Of a stretch of 64,000 bases of DNA, positions 50,700-60,482 are shown piece after piece. Where the stretch lies: the NCBI GenBank assembly GCA_963664325.2, contig CAXXDQ010000007.1, positions 384,001 through 448,000 on the forward strand, given 5' to 3'. Origin of the DNA: Desulfomonilia bacterium (GTDB taxonomy: Bacteria > Desulfobacterota > Desulfomonilia > UBA1062). The translations under genes and the position numbers were made by a program. The notes under the pieces are model-generated. The model made no database searches, was not told the origin of the DNA, and saw only the letters and a program-made list of their open reading frames with translations. Position 1 is the first letter of the stretch. Every line of letters starts with the position of its first letter.

Positions 50700-50795
50700 T
50701 TCTTTATCCTCCCGATGATTATTTACTGATAATGCAATTATGTCCTTGCTTCAAGAATTTCTTGACCATAATGCCTGATATGTCTATCAATAGTT

Positions 50796-51374
50796 ATGGA
50801 TAATCTTAAATCACTGATAAAAGAACCGATTCACTCGCGTTCAATCACAGTAAAAACATACCGTGTTGATGATAATGCAATGGTTGTTGAAGGAAGGCTC
50901 AGGGACGACAGACTGACAGAAACCTTTTCAATGACCAAGGGCGAAGTAATGCCGGTCGGTGTAATACATGACATGATAATAAGGCTTCTGATCAGGGATG
51001 AAGGCGGTATGAATATTGATAAAGTGGAGGTCGAGCTACATCATGTACCCAGGCATGATTGTCTTATGGTCCATGATTCACTTGACGGCCTTGTGGGCAT
51101 GAAAATAGCCCCGGGTTTCACCGGAATCGTAAAGAACCGGTTCGGCGGGCCGAACGGATGTGCACATCTCAACTCCCTGCTGCTCTCAATGGCATCAGCC
51201 GCTGTCCAGGGATGGTGGACAAACAAGGCCGGAAGCCCTGAGGCTTTGAAGAAGGCAAGTGTGAAACTGGACAGGAGGTTTCTGATAGACACCTGCATTA
51301 TCTGGAAAAAAGACGGCAAGCTTGCTCAAATGGCAATCAAGGCCCTTGAAACCGTCAATGAGGCGGGTGAATAA
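50796..51374 (+). CDS. DUF2889-like protein
   Basis: IHSRSI, IHDM, GGPNGCAHL, LIDTC. Confidence 0.75.
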   Translation: MDNLKSLIKEPIHSRSITVKTYRVDDNAMVVEGRLRDDRLTETFSMTKGEVMPVGVIHDMIIRLLIRDEGGMNIDKVEVELHHVPRHDCLMVHDSLDGLVGMKIAPGFTGIVKNRFGGPNGCAHLNSLLLSMASAAVQGWWTNKAGSPEALKKASVKLDRRFLIDTCIIWKKDGKLAQMAIKALETVNEAGE

Positions 51375-51377
51375 GGC

Positions 51378-52115
51378 ATGCCTGTAATAGGAGGAAGGGC
51401 GCATACCCCTGATGCAGCCGAAAAAGTGGCTGAGTACGGTTATTCTTTTGCTGAAATATCAATTAAGGATCCGGAAGACCTCAGGGCAAATATGGACAGG
51501 CTTCTCTCAATCAGAGACAGGTACGGCATCGGCTATCTGGGGCATTTCCCGAACGAAGACCATCCTGTAAAACCTGATGTGCTCAGAGAGATCTTTCTTC
51601 CCAAGATTAAAGGCATCCTTGACCTGTGTCATGAAATATCGATCACCAAATGTACTCTTCATTTCTGGATGGATTCCAGGTGGATCGACGCCGGCATAGC
51701 AAGGGCCAAAATCCCGATTCTGAAAGAGCTTGTTGAATATGCCTCGTCGTGCGGAGTAACAATATGCATAGAAAACCTCAGTGAACATTATGAAAGTTTC
51801 ATGCCTTTATTTGATGAAATCCCCGAACTAAAGATGACCCTGGACATCGGTCATGCTCAGCTGCTTTCAAAAAAAAACGCATCGTTTGACTTCATAAAAT
51901 ATTGCTTTGACAGAATCAACCATATGCATGTCCATGACAACCACGGCGGCACCAGGCTCGAGGACGATCAGCACCTGCCGCTCGGACAGGGCTTGATCGG
52001 TTATCCCGCGATCTTCACTGAACTTAAAGAAAAAGGTTATAATTCAACAATAACGATGGAATTAAAACCTGAAGAACTAAAACAGACTGAGGCCGAAATT
52101 AGGAAATACTTGTAA
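51378..52115 (+). CDS. Sugar phosphate isomerase/epimerase (xylose isomerase-like TIM barrel)
   Basis: IENL, LDIGHA, HVHDN, DQHLPLG. Confidence 0.8.
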   Translation: MPVIGGRAHTPDAAEKVAEYGYSFAEISIKDPEDLRANMDRLLSIRDRYGIGYLGHFPNEDHPVKPDVLREIFLPKIKGILDLCHEISITKCTLHFWMDSRWIDAGIARAKIPILKELVEYASSCGVTICIENLSEHYESFMPLFDEIPELKMTLDIGHAQLLSKKNASFDFIKYCFDRINHMHVHDNHGGTRLEDDQHLPLGQGLIGYPAIFTELKEKGYNSTITMELKPEELKQTEAEIRKYL

Positions 52116-52256
52116 AGATCAATAATAAGAGAAAGCCGGGGAAATCCCCCATTGCATCTTTTTAAAAAATATTCCCTATCCAAGAGGACTGAAGAGGATC
52201 AATTGAGAATCTGGAATAATCTTCGGCGGACAATGAGCTTATGAAAACCGGCTGTA

Positions 52257-53423
52257 CTATCTGTAATCCCTTATAATAGAGTCCACAATTCTCTGCATGT
52301 TTTCATATTGCCCTTCCATGCTTTCAAGCAGCTTGAACTGAGCTCTGGTCCGAATCAGATTCTGTTCTGGGTAATGAATCTTGAAGTAGTTATCGCCATC
52401 AATATAATCCGTGAAAAATCTGAGCCCGATAATGAAAGTCATGAGTCCGGATGAGAAGGCAAGGATATCTTTCTCGTCATTTTTGAGGTGACCTGCCAGT
52501 TGTGACAGAAAGCCCGTTGCAAATGCCTCGAAAAGAGAAATATTCATTGAAACCTTCCTGAGGTCTTTTTCGTCTTCAGCTCCCGTGTTTGCAGTCGTTC
52601 TTATCGAATCTCCAAAATCATAGAGCACGTAGCCGTTCATAACCGTATCAAGATCTATAATACAAAGTGCCTTGTCGTTCTCATCGAGAAGCACGTTATT
52701 GAACTTGGTATCATTATGCGTAATACGCAGGGGAATCTTTCCCTGACCTGCAAGATCAAGCACCTTCATCATTTCATTAACTCTTTTTTCGACAAAGGCG
52801 GTCTCCTGTTTCACAGTTACAGCTCTGTTTAAAGGATCACGCTGAATCACGCTGAAAAAGTCATTAAGCCTTTTTATAATATTATGAAAATCAGGTATCG
52901 TTTCATGCAGAGGTCCGCCCGGCAGATCGGCCAGACTTGCTTGAAAACAACCGAAGGCCCTTCCGCCTTCAAATGCCTGCCCTGCGGTTCTGACAATATC
53001 ATAGCTGTGGCAGTCTTTTATGGATATATACATCCGCCAGTAATCACCTCTTTCATCCAGAAAATACTTTTTCCCGTCGATTGCAGGTATCAGGGTAAGG
53101 CACTCTCTGTCAGGATCTGATCCCGGGATAATTCCAATTCTGCCCCGGATATGCGATGTAACCCTTTCAATATTATCCATCAGTTTTGGGATGTCCCTGA
53201 ATATTCTTCTGTTTATTCTCTGAAGCACATAATCATGGCCTGATTCCTGATGTATTTTAACAAGGAATGTATCGTTTATGTGTCCTGCTCCAATGCGTCT
53301 TGACTCAAAGGGTTTGCCGTTTATACGGAATTCCGGGACAATGTTTTCATTAATATATGCAAAAGAATTATCCATAATCTCTTTTTTTATCATAACTTTG
53401 GAAATGAACAAATACTGATTCAT
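52257..53423 (-). CDS. Aminoglycoside-phosphotransferase-family kinase (NahK-like); start may be 53375
   Basis: GHINDTF, LQRIN, HNDTKFNN, IDLDT, YDFGD. Confidence 0.85.
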   Translation of the reverse strand: MNQYLFISKVMIKKEIMDNSFAYINENIVPEFRINGKPFESRRIGAGHINDTFLVKIHQESGHDYVLQRINRRIFRDIPKLMDNIERVTSHIRGRIGIIPGSDPDRECLTLIPAIDGKKYFLDERGDYWRMYISIKDCHSYDIVRTAGQAFEGGRAFGCFQASLADLPGGPLHETIPDFHNIIKRLNDFFSVIQRDPLNRAVTVKQETAFVEKRVNEMMKVLDLAGQGKIPLRITHNDTKFNNVLLDENDKALCIIDLDTVMNGYVLYDFGDSIRTTANTGAEDEKDLRKVSMNISLFEAFATGFLSQLAGHLKNDEKDILAFSSGLMTFIIGLRFFTDYIDGDNYFKIHYPEQNLIRTRAQFKLLESMEGQYENMQRIVDSIIRDYR

Positions 53424-53546
53424 GATCCTTAATAAATATCGGCATAAATATATGGGTTAAAATATCCGATTTTAAGGTTATAATACTGAAGACCCGCTGT
53501 CGGGCATAAAGTCTTATACCTGAAAACCACAATCCAAGGAGGATAT

Positions 53547-53762
53547 ATGGATAAAAAAGTATTAATTTTCGGAAAATCGGGTTGACCCTATACAGACCAG
53601 GCCAGGTCGGCCTATGGCGAGAAGGCTCAGTATATCGATGTCAAGAAAGACCCGTCAAAGATGAATGAATTGCTGAAATACTCAGGCGGCATACGCAGGG
53701 TTCCGGTTATTGTCGAGGACGGAAAGGCTGCAGTAGGATATAACGGCTCCTGAGGGGTATGA
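53547..53762 (+). CDS. Glutaredoxin-like selenoprotein with two Sec (U13 in GUPYT, U69 in C-terminal UGV*), 71 aa
   Basis: AAGGAGG RBS; in-frame TGA at 53583 and 53751, each followed by a SECIS-like hairpin; RRVPVIV cis-Pro motif; missed by the ORF track. Confidence 0.85.
53597..53617 (+). promoter_or_regulatory. SECIS-like element 1
   Basis: AGGCC-AGGTC-GGCCT stem-loop; 18 nt between UGA and loop; G at loop position 2. Confidence 0.7.
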
Positions 53763-53788
53763 GAACCGGCCGTGAGCCGGTTTCCATA
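53758..53788 (+). promoter_or_regulatory. SECIS-like element 2
   Basis: AACCGGC-CGTGA-GCCGGTT stem-loop extended by TATG/CATA; 17 nt between UGA and loop; G at loop position 2. Confidence 0.65.
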
Positions 53789-53872
53789 TATTTTTAAAAT
53801 TGAAGCCTGCAGCCAGCTATCTTTAATGTTATATGGTTAAATCTCCGAAATATTTTTGCAGGGGAGTTATTA

Positions 53873-54028
53873 ATGCATATAATTAAAGTTATCATCAAAA
53901 GGGCAGGCATTCTGGAGTTCGAGCAGAAGCACGTCCACGAGGACCTCTCTGAACAGATTCTTTCAGCGACGATGCAACCATCAGGTGCAGGAAACCAGAA
54001 GTTCCTGAAGTTCATTAACCCATGGTGA
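53873..54028 (+). pseudogene. Truncated, degenerate nitroreductase N-terminus (51 aa)
   Basis: MHIIKVIIKRAGILEFEQKHVHEDLSEQILSATMQPSGAGNQKFLKF resembles RRSIR...EQIL.AA..APSAGNQQPW.F; GGGGAG RBS. Confidence 0.55.
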
Positions 54029-54032
54029 ATAT

Positions 54033-56096
54033 ATGAAAACATATTATGCCTTGCCCGGACAGAGCTATCCGCTGGGTGCAACCGTTACAGGTGCAGGCAT
54101 CAACTTCAGCATTTTTTCCAAGAATGCACGTTCCGTTGAGCTGCTGCTTTTCGACAATCCCACTGACATTGAGCCTCTTGTCATAGAACTTGAACCGGAC
54201 AGCAACAAAACGTTCTACTACTGGCACTGCCTTGTCCCTGGTATTGAACATGGGCAGCTCTACGGCTTCCGCGTGGACGGCCCCTACAACCCTGCCGTCG
54301 GCCACAGGTTTGACAGGAGCAAGGTATTGATCGATCCCTATTCAAAGGCCATCGTCACCGAAGGCTACGACAGGGAGGCTGCAAAAAAACTGCATTATGA
54401 CAATATCGGCTGCTGCATGAAATCGGTTGTCGTTGATACGTCGATGTATGACTGGAATGGTGATAAACCGCTGATGATACCCCATTCCAAATCAATCATT
54501 TATGAGCTTCATGTCAGCGGTTTTACAAGGAATTCAAACTCGGGTGTCCCTCAAGATAAAAGAGGGACCTATGCCGGGCTTACCCAGAAGATCCCTTATC
54601 TCAAAGAGTTGGGAATCACCGCAGTTGAACTCATGCCCGTCCAGCAGTTTGACGACCAGGAGGCGCCTAAAGGCCTCTCAAATTACTGGGGATACAGCCC
54701 GGTGGCTTTTTTTGCCCCCCACAGTCACTACAGCTTTGATAAAAACCCCTACGGCCCGGTCAATGAATTCAGGGACATGGTCAAGGCATTGCATGCCGCC
54801 GGTATAGAAGTAATCCTCGATGTGGTTTTCAACCACACGGCCGAGGCCGATGAAAAAGGCCCGACCCTATCGCTCAAAGGCCTTCATAATTACGCATACT
54901 ACATCCTACAGGCTGACCACTCAAAATATGAGAATTATTCGGGATGCGGGAACTCTCTTAATGCAAATTTCTCAATAGTCCGGACCATGATTTTAGAATG
55001 TCTCAAATACTGGGTTTCACAGATGCATGTTGACGGTTTTCGATTCGATCTGGCATCTGTCCTCTGCCGTGGAGAAAAGGGGGAGCTGCTGGAGAATCCT
55101 CCCCTTCTCTGGTCAATTGAGTCAGACCCCATGCTTGCAGGAACTAAGATCATTGCCGAGGCCTGGGATGCCCGCGGGCTTTACCAGGTGGGAAAGTTTA
55201 TAGGCAGCCGTTTCGCAGAATGGAACGGGCCTTTCAGGGATGATGTCCGCAGGTTTATAAAAGGAGATCCCGGTATGGTGGAAAGGCTTTCCTCCAGAAT
55301 CATAGCAAGCCCTGACATATACACCAAGCCTGACAGGGAGCCTTACAGGAGCATCAATCTCATTACATGCCACGACGGCTTCACCTTGAACGACCTTGTC
55401 TCCTACAATGAAAAACACAATGAGGCCAATCTCCAGGATAATTCCGACGGCATGTCAGATAACTACAGCTGGAACTGCGGTGCGGAAGGACTGAGCCAGA
55501 AACCTGATATTGAAAAGTTAAGACTCAGACAGATAAAAAACCTTTTAACAATACTTGCCGCTTCTCAAGGCACGCCAATGATTCTAATGGGTGATGAAGT
55601 AAGGCACACGCAGAACGGCAACAACAATGCATACTGTCAGGATAATGTCATGACATGGTTTGACTGGGATCTCAATAGGATTAACGCCGGACTGCTCAGG
55701 TTCGTGACCATGCTGAACCGCTTCATCAGACCCTGCCATATATTTCAGGAGGAACATATCCTTTCAACAGCATACACTAGCACGAAACCGTATATTACAT
55801 GGCACGGAACCAGGGTTTCAAAACCAGACTTCAACTATGACTCGCACTCGCTTGCCTTTACGCTGACTCATCCCGGGTTTGGAGAGAAACTGCACGTTAT
55901 TCTGAATGCCTACTGGGAAGCCTTAGATTTTGAACTCCCAAGGCTTAAAAACCCTTTGTCATGGCGCAGGATAATCGATACATATCTTGACACACCTTAT
56001 GATTTCTGCGAGCCGGAGGATGCGCCCGCATTAAATGAAAAGTTCTATAAGGTTCAGCCAAGGTCCAGTGTCATTCTTATGGCAATGATGGGATAG
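54033..56096 (+). CDS. glgX: Glycogen debranching enzyme
   Basis: YPLGAT, NYWGY, DVVFNHT, DGFRFDLA, AEAWD, CHDGFTL. Confidence 0.96.
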   Translation: MKTYYALPGQSYPLGATVTGAGINFSIFSKNARSVELLLFDNPTDIEPLVIELEPDSNKTFYYWHCLVPGIEHGQLYGFRVDGPYNPAVGHRFDRSKVLIDPYSKAIVTEGYDREAAKKLHYDNIGCCMKSVVVDTSMYDWNGDKPLMIPHSKSIIYELHVSGFTRNSNSGVPQDKRGTYAGLTQKIPYLKELGITAVELMPVQQFDDQEAPKGLSNYWGYSPVAFFAPHSHYSFDKNPYGPVNEFRDMVKALHAAGIEVILDVVFNHTAEADEKGPTLSLKGLHNYAYYILQADHSKYENYSGCGNSLNANFSIVRTMILECLKYWVSQMHVDGFRFDLASVLCRGEKGELLENPPLLWSIESDPMLAGTKIIAEAWDARGLYQVGKFIGSRFAEWNGPFRDDVRRFIKGDPGMVERLSSRIIASPDIYTKPDREPYRSINLITCHDGFTLNDLVSYNEKHNEANLQDNSDGMSDNYSWNCGAEGLSQKPDIEKLRLRQIKNLLTILAASQGTPMILMGDEVRHTQNGNNNAYCQDNVMTWFDWDLNRINAGLLRFVTMLNRFIRPCHIFQEEHILSTAYTSTKPYITWHGTRVSKPDFNYDSHSLAFTLTHPGFGEKLHVILNAYWEALDFELPRLKNPLSWRRIIDTYLDTPYDFCEPEDAPALNEKFYKVQPRSSVILMAMMG

Positions 56097-56261
56097 ATGA
56101 AAATATGTCCCTGATATCGAACCTTGAGCCAGTGAATCCATAAATGCGATTCTAATCTTCGCCAGATAAAAGTCATAAGGCTTAACAGCATTCATTTCGT
56201 GTGATATAACATCAGGAGGCCTATATTTGCGCCAAATAAAGATATCTGGAGACCATTTGAC

Positions 56262-58379
56262 ATGAACGGTAAAAATAACCAGTCGGATAAAATCCATGAA
56301 ATCCCGGATGAGTCATCCGCATCATCTTCAGGAACCGATTTCATAAGGGCGATAATCAAGGATGATGTAGCCTCAGGCAAACACGGAGGCAGAGTTGTCA
56401 CCCGCTTCCCGCCGGAGCCTAACGGCTATCTCCATATAGGTCATGCAAAATCAATATGCCTTAATTTCGGTATTGCAAACGAGTTCCCTGAAGCCATGTG
56501 CAATCTGCGCTTTGATGATACGAATCCCAGTAAGGAAGACCAGGAATATATCGATTCCATTATCGAGGATGTCAGATGGCTCGGATTTGACTGGGAGGAC
56601 AGGTGCTATTTTGCATCCGACTACTTTGAGAGGCTCTACGAATTTGCCGAGAAGCTGATAAAGGAAGGGTCCGCTTATGTATGCGAACTGAGCGCAGAGG
56701 AGATAAGACAGTACAGGGGCACGCTCACCGAACCGGGCAGAAACAGCCCATACAGAGACCGCGGCATAGATGAAAGCCTGGACCTGTTCAGGCGTATGCG
56801 AGCAGGAGAGTTCCCTGACGGTTCAAAGGTGCTGCGTGCAAAGATTGACATGGCATCGCCTAATATTAACATGAGGGACCCTGTCGTCTACCGTATCCTT
56901 CGCTCGACACATCATAGGACCGGTGATGCCTGGTGTATTTATCCCATGTACGACTATGCTCATCCTGTTTCCGACTCGATCGAGAATATCACTTATTCGA
57001 TTTGCACCCTGGAGTTTGAAGACCACAGGCCGCTTTATGACTGGTTCCTGGAAAAGCTCGACATATTCCGCTCAAGGCAGATCGAGTTCGCAAGATTAAA
57101 TCTTAACTACACGGTTATGAGTAAAAGAAAACTGCTCGAACTCGTACAGAAAAAAATTGTCTCAGGCTGGGATGACCCCAGAATGCCTACAATCTCAGGG
57201 CTGCGCAGGAGAGGTGTTACCCCTCAATCCATAAGAGATTTCTGTGAACGCATCGGGGTGGCCAAAAGAGACAGCATCGTCGACATGGCACTCTTTGAAC
57301 ACTGCATACGCGAAGATCTGAATACAGGCTCTCCCAGGGCAATGGCTGTCCTTAATCCCCTTAAAGTCACAATTGAAAACTATCCCGAAGGTCTAACAGA
57401 GGACTTCGAAATACCATATCACCCCGACAAGGAGGAAATGGGTTCACGCAAGGTCCCTTTCTGCCGCGAAATTTATATAGAAAAGGACGACTTCATGGAA
57501 AACCCGCCTCCCAAATTTTTCAGACTTTCACCGGGACGCGAAGTCAGACTGCGCGGCTCATACCTGATTACCTGCAGGGATGTTATCAAGGATGCCGGAG
57601 GCAATTTAAGAGAGCTGCTCTGCTCGTATGACCCCCAGACCAAAGGCGGCAACGCCCCTGACGGCCGCAAAGTCAAGGGCACGCTCCACTGGGTCTCTGC
57701 CGTTCACGGCATACCTGCTGAAATCAGGCTTTATGACAGGCTTTATTCTGTCGACAATCCGACCGCCGAGGCTGAAAAGGCCGGGAAAGACAGCCTTGAA
57801 TATATTAATCCCGATTCAATGCTGAGCCTGCAGAATTCATTCATAGAACCTTCTCTCAAGGATTCAAAGCCCGGAGATCGTTTTCAGTTCGAGCGTCTTG
57901 GATATTTCTGCGTTGATTTAAAGGATTCGCATCCTGATAGACCTGTTTTCAACCGCACGGTGACACTTAAAGACACCTGGGCAAAAATCGACAAGGTCGC
58001 TCCCGTTATAGAGAAGCAGGTCAAGATGAAGCGGCCCGAGCTGAAAGATACCGCTGCAGAAACAATTACAATTGATGACTTTTCAAAAGTCGATCTGCGT
58101 TCAGGCATAATCCTCGAAGCTCAGAATGTCGAGGGTTCTGACAGGATGATCCGCCTCAGCATAGACGTTGGAGAAAAAAAGCCCAGACAGATCTTCGCAG
58201 GCATAAAATCCGCCTACCCCGATCCGTCCGTCCTTGCAGGCAAAACGGCAATCGTAGTCGTCAACCTGAAACCCAGACAAATGAAATTCGGGGTTTCAGA
58301 AGGCATGATACTTGCGGGCAGCGACCTTAAAATCTGCACCTTCGATGGAATTCCCGAACCAGGCGGCAAAGTCTCCTGA
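56262..58379 (+). CDS. glnS: Glutamine--tRNA ligase with C-terminal tRNA-binding OB domain
   Basis: [28 protein letters not shown]; tail [11 protein letters not shown]...[18 protein letters not shown]. Confidence 0.95.
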   Translation: MNGKNNQSDKIHEIPDESSASSSGTDFIRAIIKDDVASGKHGGRVVTRFPPEPNGYLHIGHAKSICLNFGIANEFPEAMCNLRFDDTNPSKEDQEYIDSIIEDVRWLGFDWEDRCYFASDYFERLYEFAEKLIKEGSAYVCELSAEEIRQYRGTLTEPGRNSPYRDRGIDESLDLFRRMRAGEFPDGSKVLRAKIDMASPNINMRDPVVYRILRSTHHRTGDAWCIYPMYDYAHPVSDSIENITYSICTLEFEDHRPLYDWFLEKLDIFRSRQIEFARLNLNYTVMSKRKLLELVQKKIVSGWDDPRMPTISGLRRRGVTPQSIRDFCERIGVAKRDSIVDMALFEHCIREDLNTGSPRAMAVLNPLKVTIENYPEGLTEDFEIPYHPDKEEMGSRKVPFCREIYIEKDDFMENPPPKFFRLSPGREVRLRGSYLITCRDVIKDAGGNLRELLCSYDPQTKGGNAPDGRKVKGTLHWVSAVHGIPAEIRLYDRLYSVDNPTAEAEKAGKDSLEYINPDSMLSLQNSFIEPSLKDSKPGDRFQFERLGYFCVDLKDSHPDRPVFNRTVTLKDTWAKIDKVAPVIEKQVKMKRPELKDTAAETITIDDFSKVDLRSGIILEAQNVEGSDRMIRLSIDVGEKKPRQIFAGIKSAYPDPSVLAGKTAIVVVNLKPRQMKFGVSEGMILAGSDLKICTFDGIPEPGGKVS

Positions 58380-58385
58380 GTCATA

Positions 58386-58411
58386 CCGGGCGGATATCAC
58401 AATCCGCCTGG
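58386..58411. terminator. GC-rich hairpin after glnS (no clear U-tract)
   Basis: CCGGGCGGAT-N6-ATCCGCCTGG. Confidence 0.4.
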
Positions 58412-58543
58412 CATATCCGAAACATACTAACCCCTAATATTTTTGCTCAGGAATACAATATGTTCATCTCTATTATTTCTTGACATATTATGCATAATCA
58501 TATTATTGCTACAGATATTACATATACATAAAAGGAGGATGCC

Positions 58544-58852
58544 ATGGCTTGCAAGAGGATTACCATTTCACTTACCGAGGAACAGTTTAATCATTTCAGA
58601 GAGGTTCTACCAGCCAAAGCCAATATAAGCGAAGTCCTGGCAGACCAAATTGGCATGTTTGTTGAAGCAACAGGCAAATACGGTGATGATTTCATTCTGG
58701 ATGTCATGTGCAACAGGGGCAAATATTCAATACAGAAAAATGACCCCCAAAAGGACCTGCAATTGAAGAACCTCGGAACAAAAACAGCATCATCCAGAAC
58801 AAAGAAACCAGGCGCCGGCAAAATTGTTCGGGGCCCGAAATCCCAAAAGTAG
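58544..58852 (+). CDS. Small hypothetical protein, possible ribbon-helix-helix regulator
   Basis: AGGAGG RBS; KRITISLTEEQF beta-alpha start; basic tail. Confidence 0.55.
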   Translation: MACKRITISLTEEQFNHFREVLPAKANISEVLADQIGMFVEATGKYGDDFILDVMCNRGKYSIQKNDPQKDLQLKNLGTKTASSRTKKPGAGKIVRGPKSQK

Positions 58853-58886
58853 ACAGGTTTAACCCATGCTGCGATTAGCAAATCCT

Positions 58887-60474
58887 TTATCGCAGCTTAA
58901 ACCCAGTACATATTCTCCTGAACTCGGCGAAGTCCAGCTTGGAGTTGTGCCTTGGATCCCTGGGTATCCTATTCAAGATGAATATCCTGTACGGGTTTAA
59001 CTCTTTCAGCAACGTTCCAGCTTTCTCAATCAAATAATAATGCTGAGACTGAGGCAGACCCTGGCCGGGTTCCATGGCAACAAAAATTTTCCCTTCAACT
59101 TCCATTACAGCAGTAAAAGCTACACCCTCAATATCCATCAGCATCTGTTCATAGGGCAACGAATAAACATCACCTGAATCGGAATGCATGATGTTGTTGA
59201 TACGGCCTTGAAGATATATCCTGCCCGAAGGTTCAATCATACCGGCATCGCCTGTCCTGTGCCAGACTGTATCGCCGTCCATGACCTTGTTTGCCCCCCA
59301 TGCATCAATGCTTCCAAGATAAGATTTCAGGACATGAGGACCGGCCACAACAATTTCACCGACTTCACCGGGATGAACAAGATAATCGTCAATGCTTTTG
59401 CCATCTTCAATCCTGACAGCGCCATTTAATGGTTTCATAATCTTCACTCTGATCGATTGGTCAGGATAACCCGCAGCGACACCCAGTGAACTGTCGGAAT
59501 TTATAAAATCACTGATTTCAATCGAACTTATTGGCTCTGCCTCCGTACATCCGTATACGATTTCGATCCGGGTTCCTGAAAAAGCTTTTTCAAACTTTTT
59601 CGCAAGCATTTTCGAAACGGGAGCCCCTCCTGTATAAATGCCTTTTAGTGTAATCCGTTCATTCTTTTTCATCAGGTAATCGGCCAGCTTTTCATAAAAT
59701 GCTGGTGAGCCGACACTTGTATTTATTTCGCATTCTTTTATCTGTCTTACAATGGAACCGGGGTCAAATTCCGAGGGTTTTGCCGGGTTGAACTCAGGCA
59801 GAACGCTTGTTGCACCTGCACCCAGATTGCAGAATACGAAGACGGGCAATGCGGTGAGGTCGATATTACTGCTCTCAATCCCGATATGCCTGATCAAGAC
59901 ATTGAACTGCTCAGACAAAAAACCATGAGTACGGTCGGCACCTTTGGGCATTCCTGTACTGCCAGTAGTCAACGTTACCAGTCCCTCATCATCGTCGTCA
60001 ATATCTTCGGGCCCTGAGTCATTATATCCACCGGACAGTTCAGGCAGGAAAAGAACCCGGTCGAGAACTTTTACCGGTATTTTCCTGATCTCCGGAACGA
60101 TCATTAAAAGCTGCGCTTTCAGGCATCCGATAAATCCCTTCGGTAAAACAGTGGCGCATGCATTTTTCAGCCTTTCCCTGCCGGCCCACGCATCCATGAA
60201 CACAGTAACGGCACCTATATAGAAAACCGCCAGGACAATCACATATGAATTCATAACTCATGGGTGTAAAGACCACTATCCGATCACCCTTCTTAAATCC
60301 CATCTTTCTGAGACGGAAAGCCACCAGCCTGATATCGGCCATCATCTGCGAGTAAGTGAACTTTCTGTATCCTGCCCTATTGAATACACCTTTTCTCTTT
60401 TCAACTATGGCTGCCTTTTCAGGATACTTTCCTGCTGTTTCGATAAGGGTAAAGATAATATTCTTTTTGGACAT
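58887..60474 (-). pseudogene. OleC-like AMP-binding (adenylate-forming) enzyme split by a +1 frameshift near 60247
   Basis: ORFs 60040-60474 and 58887-60254 join as ...PMSYELYVIVLAV...; TTGSTGMPKG, YGCTEAEP, WHRTGDAG, PRDPRHNSK. Confidence 0.8.
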
Positions 60475-60482
60475 GGCCTTTA

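Noticed and set aside
53760-53840. Read-through of the third UGA of the selenoprotein
   Set aside because: Only 8 nt from the hairpin loop, too close for SECIS function; the extension has no recognisable features
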